Below the pieces are notes generated by a model, which ran no database searches, was not told the DNA's origin, and saw only the letters and a program-made list of their open reading frames with translations. From a phage, in sequence record PZ445525.1: 44,362 bases of DNA, one strand, 5' to 3'. Position numbers and translations under genes: made by a program. Below are positions 8,301 through 16,647 of this stretch, piece after piece. Each line of letters opens with the position of its first letter. The first letter of the stretch is position 1.

Positions 8301-8894
8301 GTGGCTGAGGTCTACTCATTCGCCGCCACCATTGCTACGTGGGTGGATAAGACGAAGGAGAACAACGATAAGGCGGTGCGGGCGTACGGTATGCAAATAC
8401 TCGGACGCCTTATTGAGATCTCCCCGGTAGGCGACCCCCGCCGGTGGAAGATTAACAAGGCTTACGCGCTTGCACGCGAACACGCGAACAAGGTGAACGC
8501 GGCGCAGCGCCGCAAGAACGGCGGCAAACTGAAGCGCGGGCAGAAGAAGCACGCCAGTGTGCTCGTCTCATTCAAAACTAAAAATGGCAATGTCACGTTC
8601 CGCCAGCGTGGCTGGGCCGCGAAGAATTACACCGGCGGACGCTTCCGGGGAAACTGGCAGGTTACGTTCGACCGCCCAGCTGTCGGAGCTATTGACCGCG
8701 TGGACAAGGCCGGAACGGCAACATTAGCCGCGGGGCGCGAAGTGCTGGCGCATTACGATTCCGGAGAATACGGGTCTATCTGGTTTACTAACAATGTGCC
8801 GTATGCGCAGCGACTTGAGTATGGCTGGAGTAAACAAGCGCCCGCGGGGATTGTTCGCGTCGTAGCGGCGGAAATTAATTCGAAGGTGAAATAA
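8301..8894 (+). CDS. hypothetical neck protein (GTG start)
   Basis: 197-aa ORF starting at GTG with RBS aagggg; basic central region; position between capsid and tail genes. Confidence 0.45.
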   Translation: MAEVYSFAATIATWVDKTKENNDKAVRAYGMQILGRLIEISPVGDPRRWKINKAYALAREHANKVNAAQRRKNGGKLKRGQKKHASVLVSFKTKNGNVTFRQRGWAAKNYTGGRFRGNWQVTFDRPAVGAIDRVDKAGTATLAAGREVLAHYDSGEYGSIWFTNNVPYAQRLEYGWSKQAPAGIVRVVAAEINSKVK

Positions 8895-9316
8895 TGAGCA
8901 ATACTCTAATCCGCAAGGCGCTTAATAGCGTAGTAGAAGAATTATCGGTAAGCCTGAGCACTAGCACGCGCCCGATAAAGGTTAACTGGGAGAACGTGAG
9001 CGGCGACCACGCAAACGGCAGCGGTGTCTACCTGGAACCGTATCTGCTCCCGGCCCCTACCCAGTTTGTGGGCTTCCAGCAGAAGGGCCGGGTCTATGCA
9101 GGCGTGTATCAGGTTGCCGTGGTATTTCCTGCAGGCACGGGCACACAGTATGCGAGCGAACTGGCGGACGCCATCGCGACGTCTGACAAGTGGCAGGCCG
9201 TAAGGCTTACCAGCGCTGCATTCCAGCTTCAGGACGCGCCATACACCAGTTCGGTGATTGAGGATGTTGACCGCGCCCGCATCGTGGTTACAGTGCCCTA
9301 TTCCTGTTGCGCCTGA
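8894..9316 (+). CDS. hypothetical tail completion/terminator candidate
   Basis: 140-aa ORF whose ATG overlaps the preceding stop; immediately upstream of the major tail protein. Confidence 0.4.
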   Translation: MSNTLIRKALNSVVEELSVSLSTSTRPIKVNWENVSGDHANGSGVYLEPYLLPAPTQFVGFQQKGRVYAGVYQVAVVFPAGTGTQYASELADAIATSDKWQAVRLTSAAFQLQDAPYTSSVIEDVDRARIVVTVPYSCCA

Positions 9317-9377
9317 TTTGGCGCAATTCTGCGCGTGCTGTATCATTAAACCGTATATCTAAACAGGAGCGTTCATT

Positions 9378-10103
9378 ATGGGTTATCAACTTCCTAACGG
9401 GTCCAGCGTCCAGATTGGGTCCGTACTGGGCAGCGGCATCGCTGTTACGGCAGCTACCAACGCCGCCGCGTCGATCTCCGACCTTACGCAAGGTTGCGTA
9501 ATTACCTGTGCGGCTTCGCATGGCCTGGTTGTTGGCGACGTTGTTATGTTCACTAAAACCCCGTGGGTCCGAGCGCTTAACCGCGCATTCATCGTGGGTA
9601 AAGTGGACACCAACGACGTTACGCTGGCGCGCTTCGACACCGAAGACGTCACAAAATACCCGACCGGCGCTTTCAGCGTAGGCACTCCGGGCGAAGTGGT
9701 GAAGGTGTCGAGCTTTATCGACTTCCCTTTCATTACTAACGTTGCCGTGTCTGGTGGCGACCAGCAGACGACTACCTTCCAGCCGTTGCAGGTGAACACC
9801 GCAATCAGTCTGAACACCACGAAAAACCCGTTGGTACAGACTTACACTTTCACCCACGACGAAGAAGACCCGATCCGCCCAATCCTGGAAGACCTGGACG
9901 ACACACAGAAAACCACTGTGATCAAGTTCACTAACCCGGCAGCGGCAAGCGGCAAAGGTGAGATCCGTATTTACCCAGCTAAGGTATCTTTCCAGAAGAT
10001 TCCGTCCGCTGAAGTAAACAACGTGGAAACGGTACAATCCACTCTGACCATGCAGTCTGATATGGTTATCTACCGTAAGGATCTGGTCGAGGCATTGTCT
10101 TGA
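9378..10103 (+). CDS. major tail (tube) protein
   Basis: 241-aa Thr/Val/Ser-rich ORF with RBS aggag, immediately upstream of the G/GT chaperone pair and followed by a terminator. Confidence 0.65.
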   Translation: MGYQLPNGSSVQIGSVLGSGIAVTAATNAAASISDLTQGCVITCAASHGLVVGDVVMFTKTPWVRALNRAFIVGKVDTNDVTLARFDTEDVTKYPTGAFSVGTPGEVVKVSSFIDFPFITNVAVSGGDQQTTTFQPLQVNTAISLNTTKNPLVQTYTFTHDEEDPIRPILEDLDDTQKTTVIKFTNPAAASGKGEIRIYPAKVSFQKIPSAEVNNVETVQSTLTMQSDMVIYRKDLVEALS

Positions 10104-10133
10104 TTTGGTCGCTTAAATAGCGAGTGTTAATAT

Positions 10134-10156
10134 GGGGCCAGCACGGCCCCTTTTTA
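10134..10156 (+). terminator. intrinsic terminator after major tail gene
   Basis: hairpin ggggccagcacggcccc followed by TTTTT. Confidence 0.65.
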
Positions 10157-10171
10157 TTGGAGAATACTACA

Positions 10172-10534
10172 ATGGCTAAAGCACCACTCTTTACACTTGA
10201 CCCCAAGCCGACCTTTAAGCTGCCGATTGAGATCCCGCGCCCTGGTGAGAACGAACCCGGCAAAATGACGTTTACCGTCCGCCACCGCCCGATCGACGAA
10301 TTTTCGCAGACCATGCAGGACACCGAACGCAAGCTGTCGGAATATGACGACAATGACCCGGACGGCTTTAACGTTATGGTCGAGGCCATCATGCACGTCG
10401 CAGAAGGCTGGAATCTGCCGGACGAATTTAACGCGGAGAACGTCCGCCGCCTGGTGGTCAACTATCCACGCGCGTTCGGGGTGTTCCACACGTCGTACTA
10501 TCTCGAACTGATGGGGTTGCGTGAAAAAAACTAA
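10172..10534 (+). CDS. tail assembly chaperone (G-like)
   Basis: 120-aa acidic ORF from ATG 10172 with RBS ggaga, between major tail and tape measure genes; ends 3 nt after the slippery heptamer A-AAA-AAC. Confidence 0.7.
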   Translation: MAKAPLFTLDPKPTFKLPIEIPRPGENEPGKMTFTVRHRPIDEFSQTMQDTERKLSEYDDNDPDGFNVMVEAIMHVAEGWNLPDEFNAENVRRLVVNYPRAFGVFHTSYYLELMGLREKN

Positions 10535-10848
10535 TTGAGGCGGCGCGACGCTTTTATGGCCCGCCGCCACCCTCCGAAGATTTAGCCGCAAGTTTATGGG
10601 GTGCGGCCCCCGAAGATGTTTGTCCGCCTGTTGCGCTATGGCCCGACAACGCGAAGGTCGTCGCAGTCTTCACAGATTGCTCCACGCAATGGCGCACCGG
10701 ATTTGGTGGCGCATACGGCATCGACTACGGCGTTCTGGAGTGGCTATTTAAGATGCACGGTATCGAAAACGAGCAGCGTGCGTTTAAAGATATCAAGCTA
10801 ATGGAGCGAATCGCGCTTGATGAGATGGCGCAGCAGAACCCCGCATAA
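10172..10848 (+). CDS. tail assembly chaperone GT fusion via programmed -1 ribosomal frameshift
   Basis: slippery A_AAA_AAC at 10525-10531 just before the G stop; the -1 frame is open for ~105 further codons (LIEAARRFYGPPPPSEDL...QQNPA) to a TAA at 10846-10848. Confidence 0.6.
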
Positions 10849-11170
10849 TGGAGCGGGACAGATCGGGGCGTCCCGTTTTGTCCCGCCTCCGCAAAACTGC
10901 ATACCTACTCACTTCCACTGCATAAACCCAAAACGGGACAAGCGGGACGTCCCGATCTATCCCACCCCATAAATGCGCATACCTATTCATATTTCGTGCA
11001 TAAAGCAAACGGGACAGAAAGCGGGACAAACAAGGGGTGGGACAAAGCGGGGCAGCACCCCGCCCCCACCAGTGCTGCCGCGGGTTTTAGCCGATCGGGA
11101 CAGGCGGGACAACTCCCAGTCTTTCAGACTAGACGGGGGTCAATGGCCCCCCTCGTCTGAGACTGAATAA
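10849..11170. repeat. GGGACA-iteron block with inverted sub-modules and terminal long hairpin (copy A)
   Basis: at least 8 exact GGGACA in ~270 bp; palindrome CGGGACGTCCCG; two inverted ~30-bp modules; 3' part (~10999-11170) about 85-90 percent identical to 38189-38362. Confidence 0.75.
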
Positions 11171-11233
11171 GGTTTGTTTTAAAATCGCTGATACAATGTC
11201 AATCGGCAACTGCATAAAAAAGGGGACTGCATA

Positions 11234-13876
11234 ATGGCAGATCAAGCGGCAGGCATCACGCTAAAGGCGGATGTTGCACAAATCAGAACGGCGAATACTG
11301 TGCTTGATTCATTCGCACAGAAATCCGAGAACACAGAAAACAAGGTTAAGAAATTAAACAACACCCTCGGCAACTCTAAAAAGGTGACGAGTGATGCCGC
11401 GGGCGGAATGGAAAAGCTGGCGAACGAATCGCAGCGCGCCGCCGATGGCATGACGAAACAGGAGCGACTCGCCAACAGGTTAGGCATGTCGACCAAAAAC
11501 CTGGGCTTTGCCTCGCGTAACGCAGCATTCCAGTTACAGGATATTGCGGTAACGCTTGAGATGGGTATGCCTGTGCACCGCGTTATGCTTCAGCAGTTAC
11601 CACAGCTTACTGGGGCGTTCGGTGGATTTGGTAACACGCTGCGTTATGTGGCGGGATTCCTCGGCCCGGTAGGGATCGGCATTGCAGCACTAACGGCAAC
11701 GTTAGGCGTAGGAGTGGCGGTTACGTCCCGTGCCGAAAACCAGGTCGCAGCGCTTAACAAGACGCTGGCGCTGTCGGGTAATATTTCCGGCCTCACCGCT
11801 AACCAGATCCTTGTGCTGTCGGAGAACGCCGAGCGTATGGGCGGGTCATTCAGTAAGACGCGTGACACAATCCAGGCGCTGGCAGCAGCGGGTGTGAAAG
11901 CGGGCGCTGACTTCGGCGCGCTGGCGAAAGTGGTGAATGACTTTGCGAAGGCGTCTAATCAGCCGATCTCTGACGTGGTTGAATCCATCTCAAAATTGTC
12001 GAACGACCCGGTCGGGGGACTGCGCGCACTGGCGGACCAGTATCACGTCGTTACCGAGGCGCAGATCCAGCAGGTGCAATCACTAGTGACGGCGGGTCGC
12101 GAAACCGAAGCGGTGGCGCTGGCTAACAAAACAGCCGCTGCGTCGTTCTCCAGCATGACCAATGAGATCAAGTCCAACATGGGTACGCTCGAGCGGTCGA
12201 TGAACGTCGTCACATCGGCAGCCAAATCCATGTGGGACGCCATCCTGGATGTGGGCCGCGCGCAGTCCTCGAATGAGTCCGAGATGAAAGCGCGTGAATC
12301 CTTGCAGCGCATGACCACGGCGTACTATGCCGAGATGAGGGCGGTAAACGCTGCCGGTGGGGTGATGACCGAAGCGCAGAAAGCGCGTATTAACATGCTT
12401 TACAGCGAACTGGTCGCCCAGGAAAAGGTGGTGGCGTCGCTCACCCTGCGCAACCGTGCCGAGCGAGACAACGCCAGCGCCGCGGACGAAGCCGCAAAGG
12501 CGAACGAGGAGGCCAATCGCACCGCCCGCGACCGCGCCGCGTTTGAGAAGGAGTACGCAACCAACGCGAAGCGGCGAGCCGACGAGATCGCCCGCCTCAA
12601 CTTGCTGAATAAGCGCGGTGTTATTAACGAGAAAGAACTAGCCGAGGCGGTGAAGCAGGTCAACGAGCGCTACAAAGACCCCGCACCGAAGAAAGCGGCG
12701 GCAATTCGAGTCGATGCCGGGCTGAAAATGCTGGAAGTCGCGCGAAGCGAATTAGCCCAGCTTCGAGAGTCTGGGAAGCAGATCGAAGCCAACGCATCGA
12801 CGCAGACCCGCACGCAACGCGCGCAAGCGGCTCTTAACAAGCTGATTGCCGATAATGAGCAGTTAATCGCCGCAAGCAAGGAGCGCACACTAACGGCAGC
12901 AGAAAAGCAGCAAACGGCGGAGTTCGAGGCGGTTAAATCGGTACGCGAGCAGATCGTCGAAGAAGCCAAATTGCTGGACGCGAAAGAGAAGCAGATCAAG
13001 GCACACGCCCAGGTCGAGGCATTCATCAAGAACCAGAACGCCGAGCTAAAAGCCACCGCGGCGGGCTATGCGCTTTCTACTCGCGAAGCGGCTAACCTGC
13101 GCGAAGAGTTGCAGCTAATTGACCGCCTTCAGCGTGCCGGTGCTAACGATACTGATATTGACAAGGCGGTGTCTAAGCTGCGTGAGGTTCAGGAAGCACA
13201 GACCGGTGCTAACGCCTCATTATGGGATGGATTCAGTCGCGGGCTTCGCGATAGTGTGGATGAAATGGGTAACGGATACACGCAGATGGCGTCACTCACA
13301 AAATTCACGTTCGGCGCTATGCAGGACACGATGAACGAGTTTTTCGAGACTGGCAAGCTGAACGCAAAAGATATGGTTAAGTCCATTCTGAGCGAATTAA
13401 TAAAGCTGGCTACCTCGCAGGCGTTCAAGTCCATCGTTAGCGCTTTCGGTGGTGACGGAGGCAAAAACGGATTGTTCGGCGCTATCTTCTCGGGCCTCAC
13501 TAAGAATGCGGACGGCGGAGCGTACGCAGGAGGTAATCTCGCGGCCTATTCGGGGCAGGTGGTAAGCCAGCCAACCTTTTTCAGTTATGGCGTCCAGGCG
13601 TTCGCTAAGGGCGCAGGATTGATGGGTGAGGCGGGACCCGAAGCCATCATGCCGCTGAAGCGCGGCCCGGACGGCAAACTTGGCGTTGCCGCTGCCGGTG
13701 GTGTCGGGGGGATGATTGTAACGACCAACGTTAACATGGGGACCGGTAAGACGGATACCAGTGTTAGCGGACCAGACCCGCGCACCGCGCAGGCGTTCGG
13801 AAAGCAAATCACCGAGTCGGTCAAGGCCGAGATCGTGAAGGCGACGAAACCGGGTGGTGTACTTTACAAACGATGA
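11234..13876 (+). CDS. tail tape measure protein
   Basis: 880-aa Ala/Gln/Glu-rich coiled-coil ORF with RBS aagggga, between chaperone and distal tail genes. Confidence 0.85.
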   Translation: MADQAAGITLKADVAQIRTANTVLDSFAQKSENTENKVKKLNNTLGNSKKVTSDAAGGMEKLANESQRAADGMTKQERLANRLGMSTKNLGFASRNAAFQLQDIAVTLEMGMPVHRVMLQQLPQLTGAFGGFGNTLRYVAGFLGPVGIGIAALTATLGVGVAVTSRAENQVAALNKTLALSGNISGLTANQILVLSENAERMGGSFSKTRDTIQALAAAGVKAGADFGALAKVVNDFAKASNQPISDVVESISKLSNDPVGGLRALADQYHVVTEAQIQQVQSLVTAGRETEAVALANKTAAASFSSMTNEIKSNMGTLERSMNVVTSAAKSMWDAILDVGRAQSSNESEMKARESLQRMTTAYYAEMRAVNAAGGVMTEAQKARINMLYSELVAQEKVVASLTLRNRAERDNASAADEAAKANEEANRTARDRAAFEKEYATNAKRRADEIARLNLLNKRGVINEKELAEAVKQVNERYKDPAPKKAAAIRVDAGLKMLEVARSELAQLRESGKQIEANASTQTRTQRAQAALNKLIADNEQLIAASKERTLTAAEKQQTAEFEAVKSVREQIVEEAKLLDAKEKQIKAHAQVEAFIKNQNAELKATAAGYALSTREAANLREELQLIDRLQRAGANDTDIDKAVSKLREVQEAQTGANASLWDGFSRGLRDSVDEMGNGYTQMASLTKFTFGAMQDTMNEFFETGKLNAKDMVKSILSELIKLATSQAFKSIVSAFGGDGGKNGLFGAIFSGLTKNADGGAYAGGNLAAYSGQVVSQPTFFSYGVQAFAKGAGLMGEAGPEAIMPLKRGPDGKLGVAAAGGVGGMIVTTNVNMGTGKTDTSVSGPDPRTAQAFGKQITESVKAEIVKATKPGGVLYKR

Positions 13877-13911
13877 TAAAATGGCCCTCACTACAACGTG
13901 GGGGCTTTTTT

Positions 13912-14511
13912 ATGTCACAAGGTACAATCACACTAACTAAGGGAAGTAAGACCGTCACGGGCGCGGGAACGGCGTTCTTGAGCGAGATCGGGAAGGTCCG
14001 CGTATTTACCCGCATCGATGGCAGCGACTACACCGGAAAAATTGCGGCATTCAACTCTAACACCGTCATCACCCTGGCGGATAACTGGGCAGGTCCGACA
14101 AAAGCCGGTGCGGCTTATGAGCTAATCGAAGCGCACGACCCGCGGTCAAACGAATGGCCCTATTACTGGCACATGCAATTGCAAGGCGGCGGAGACGTGC
14201 AGTTGGCTTTCCGGTCCGAGGAATTGCAATTCGGTAACGGTTACGGTCAGAACATCGCGGACGGCCCGAACGCCGAAACGAAACAGTTCCCCGTGCAATT
14301 CATCGGGCTGACTACTGATAAGTGGTGCGACCCTAAACTGGTTTACAAATTCCTTCGCGGGCACTTCGTCAAGCCGTTTGTTGTCACCGCGCCGGATGGC
14401 GAAACAGGTTTATTCGTGGTCGAGCGTTCGAGCTTGTCGTACACTGACAACGGGCACTACACGGCAACGGTGTCCGCCACCCTTAAGACAGCTATTGGAT
14501 TCGTAAGATGA
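13912..14511 (+). CDS. minor tail protein (gpM-like)
   Basis: 199-aa ORF first after tape measure; alternative start at 13873 overlaps the tape measure stop. Confidence 0.6.
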   Translation: MSQGTITLTKGSKTVTGAGTAFLSEIGKVRVFTRIDGSDYTGKIAAFNSNTVITLADNWAGPTKAGAAYELIEAHDPRSNEWPYYWHMQLQGGGDVQLAFRSEELQFGNGYGQNIADGPNAETKQFPVQFIGLTTDKWCDPKLVYKFLRGHFVKPFVVTAPDGETGLFVVERSSLSYTDNGHYTATVSATLKTAIGFVR

Positions 14512-15296
14512 ATAAACTATATCGCGAGGCGACGCGCTTTGATCCATCGGGCCGCGTTCGCCTGATTCACATTGACGCGCAGGACGTGGAGCCGGGCGAC
14601 GGCGCGATCGGCGCGGGCCATCACTATTTTCACTACTGCTTTATTCCGCACACTGCCGAGGATATTGCCGCCGCAGGTGGTGACGAGGACAAGCTAAAAC
14701 CTAAATCCATCTTCTTCGGCGGGCAGGAGTTCGAATTTTGGCCCTTCGATTTGTCCGGCCTCAACTTCTCCACATCAACGGCAGCAGAACCGCAGCTGAC
14801 CATTGTCGATATTGGCGGCATAATCACCCGGCTATCATTGAATCACGACCAGCTACTGGGCGCGAAGGTTGAAATAATCGACACGTTCGCGAAGTTCCTG
14901 GATAACGGGTCGGATCCAGACCCGACGCAAAAACGTGTCCAGGAGTATTACATCGACTCACAGGTCGGGCGCAATCCAGGCAAGCAAATCACCTTCGCAT
15001 TATCCTCCCCCGCGGATATGGAGGGGCAAGTAGTACCACGCCGCCAGATCATGAACATGTGCGAATGGGCGCTCAATGGGAAGTACGCCAGCGGTGACGG
15101 TTGCACATGGAACCTTGCGCAGCCCGGAATCAAATATTACGACGAGCGCGGAAACGAAGTCATCTCGATGAATATGGACCGATGCGGCGGATGCTTGTCG
15201 GACTGCTATCTTCGTTTTGGACAAGGTCTTGCGGACCCGAAAGCGGCGGTGCTGGACTTCGGCGGTTTTCCTGGATCAAAATTGATTAAGGGGTAG
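14508..15296 (+). CDS. minor tail protein (gpL-like)
   Basis: 262-aa ORF overlapping the previous stop; C-terminal Cys cluster (C-x-C ... C-x2-C-x3-C) as in Fe-S-containing lambda gpL-type proteins. Confidence 0.7.
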   Translation: MNKLYREATRFDPSGRVRLIHIDAQDVEPGDGAIGAGHHYFHYCFIPHTAEDIAAAGGDEDKLKPKSIFFGGQEFEFWPFDLSGLNFSTSTAAEPQLTIVDIGGIITRLSLNHDQLLGAKVEIIDTFAKFLDNGSDPDPTQKRVQEYYIDSQVGRNPGKQITFALSSPADMEGQVVPRRQIMNMCEWALNGKYASGDGCTWNLAQPGIKYYDERGNEVISMNMDRCGGCLSDCYLRFGQGLADPKAAVLDFGGFPGSKLIKG

Positions 15297-15298
15297 TC

Positions 15299-16039
15299 AT
15301 GCTAACGAAGAAGGTTAAACGCGATATCGCCGCACACGTTGCGGCATGTCTGCCGGAAGAAGCGTGCGGGCTGGTCGTCATGGTGGGCCGCAAACAAGTG
15401 TTTATCCCGTGCCTGAACGTCTTCGAAGACCCAACCGGCGCGCGCTCGCGAAAGGACGCGTTTACAATTAGTGATATGGCCTGGGTGGATGCCGAGGATA
15501 TGGGCGACGTTGTGCGCGTAGTCCACTCGCACCCCGGGCAGCGCGAGCTAACCCCGTCATTGGGCGACGTTAACGGGTGCAATGGTAGCGGCGTCGTCTG
15601 GTCAATTACCAATGAGTATGGCGACTTTATCGAGATCGACCCGGAAGACCCGCCGCTGGTAGGCCGCCGATTTGTTCTCGGAATTACGGATTGTTATGGC
15701 CTCGTTATGGACTGGCATAAAAAGCAGGGCGTAAATTTGCCAGACTTCCGCGTACCGTACAACTGGTGGGAGACAGGAGAAAACCTGTATATGGACAATT
15801 GGTATGGCGCGGGCTTCCGGGAGTGTGAGGAGAATACGCCGGGGGCGATGGTTATCATGCAGATTAGCGCGCCAGTGCCTAATCATGCCGGAATCTACCT
15901 TCCGGGCAACCAACTACTACACCATATCTACGGCAGCCTGTCGAGCGTCGTTCCCTTCCGGGCGGGATTTTTCCGGGACAATGTGGTTAAATGGGTTCGT
16001 CATAAAGACCTACCGGGGAATATCACAGAATGGCAATGA
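15299..16039 (+). CDS. tail assembly protein (gpK-like; MPN/JAMM plus NlpC/P60-like)
   Basis: JAMM motif HSHPGQ...S..D; downstream Cys (DCYG) and His (HAG) consistent with an NlpC/P60 region. Confidence 0.75.
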   Translation: MLTKKVKRDIAAHVAACLPEEACGLVVMVGRKQVFIPCLNVFEDPTGARSRKDAFTISDMAWVDAEDMGDVVRVVHSHPGQRELTPSLGDVNGCNGSGVVWSITNEYGDFIEIDPEDPPLVGRRFVLGITDCYGLVMDWHKKQGVNLPDFRVPYNWWETGENLYMDNWYGAGFRECEENTPGAMVIMQISAPVPNHAGIYLPGNQLLHHIYGSLSSVVPFRAGFFRDNVVKWVRHKDLPGNITEWQ

Positions 16040-16647
16040 CCACATTTAAATTGTACGGCGTATTAGGACGCCGATTCGGTAAAGTGCACAAGCTGGACTG
16101 TTTCACACCGGGCGAGGGTATCACCGGCCTGTGCGTGAAGTTGCCTGGCTTACAGGACTTTCTAATGTCGGCCCACCTGGACAACATGATGTTTAAAGTG
16201 CGCAAGGGCAATCACACTTTGACCGGCTACGACGAGTTAGGTGAGTTCCACGGCGACCGCGTAGTGACCATCGCGCCGGTTATGACTGGTGCAAAAAGCG
16301 GACTGGGCCAATTGCTGGCGGGTGTCGCGATCGTGGTGGCGTCGTTCTATACCGGCGGGCTTGCTACCGCCGCTTTCGGGGCTTCGGCGGCAACCGCTGC
16401 CGCTATAGGTACGGCGACGTTTTCGTTCGGCATGTCGCTTGCGATGGGCGGTGCTATGCAATTGCTGTCGCCACAACCGAAAGGATTGCAGACAAGGCAG
16501 GACGTGGATAACAAGGCGTCGTACGCGTTCGGCGGACCAGTAAACACCACCGCGCAAGGTACGGCACTTGGTGTATTATGGGGCGAGCGTGAGATCGGCG
16601 GCGCTATTATTTCAGCCGGAATCGTAACCGAGGATTTGAACGAATGA
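16030..16647 (+). CDS. tail assembly protein (gpI-like)
   Basis: 205-aa ORF overlapping the K-like stop; Gly/Ala-rich hydrophobic C-terminal half; conserved position before the J-like gene. Confidence 0.6.
   Translation: MAMTTFKLYGVLGRRFGKVHKLDCFTPGEGITGLCVKLPGLQDFLMSAHLDNMMFKVRKGNHTLTGYDELGEFHGDRVVTIAPVMTGAKSGLGQLLAGVAIVVASFYTGGLATAAFGASAATAAAIGTATFSFGMSLAMGGAMQLLSPQPKGLQTRQDVDNKASYAFGGPVNTTAQGTALGVLWGEREIGGAIISAGIVTEDLNE

Noticed and set aside
10601-10801. ORF 10601-10801 as the T part of the GT chaperone
   Set aside because: It is in the same frame as G (after a stop) rather than the -1 frame; the -1 frame from the slippery site is the continuous, protein-like one.
10973-11170. Six-frame ORFs across the iteron repeats (10973-11170 and 38177-38362) giving similar short proteins
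   Set aside because: Both lie inside the non-coding repeat copies, are low-complexity, lack RBS; similarity reflects the nucleotide repeat, not a gene family.
10849-11170. CRISPR array as explanation for the short repeated GGGACA units
   Set aside because: Units are 6-9 bp with irregular spacing and no 25-40 bp repeat-spacer periodicity; no cas genes.
13877-13911. Strong terminator between tape measure and the M-like gene
   Set aside because: Hairpin ccctcac...gtggggg is imperfect and the alternative ATG at 13873 would make this coding; treated as weak or ambiguous.
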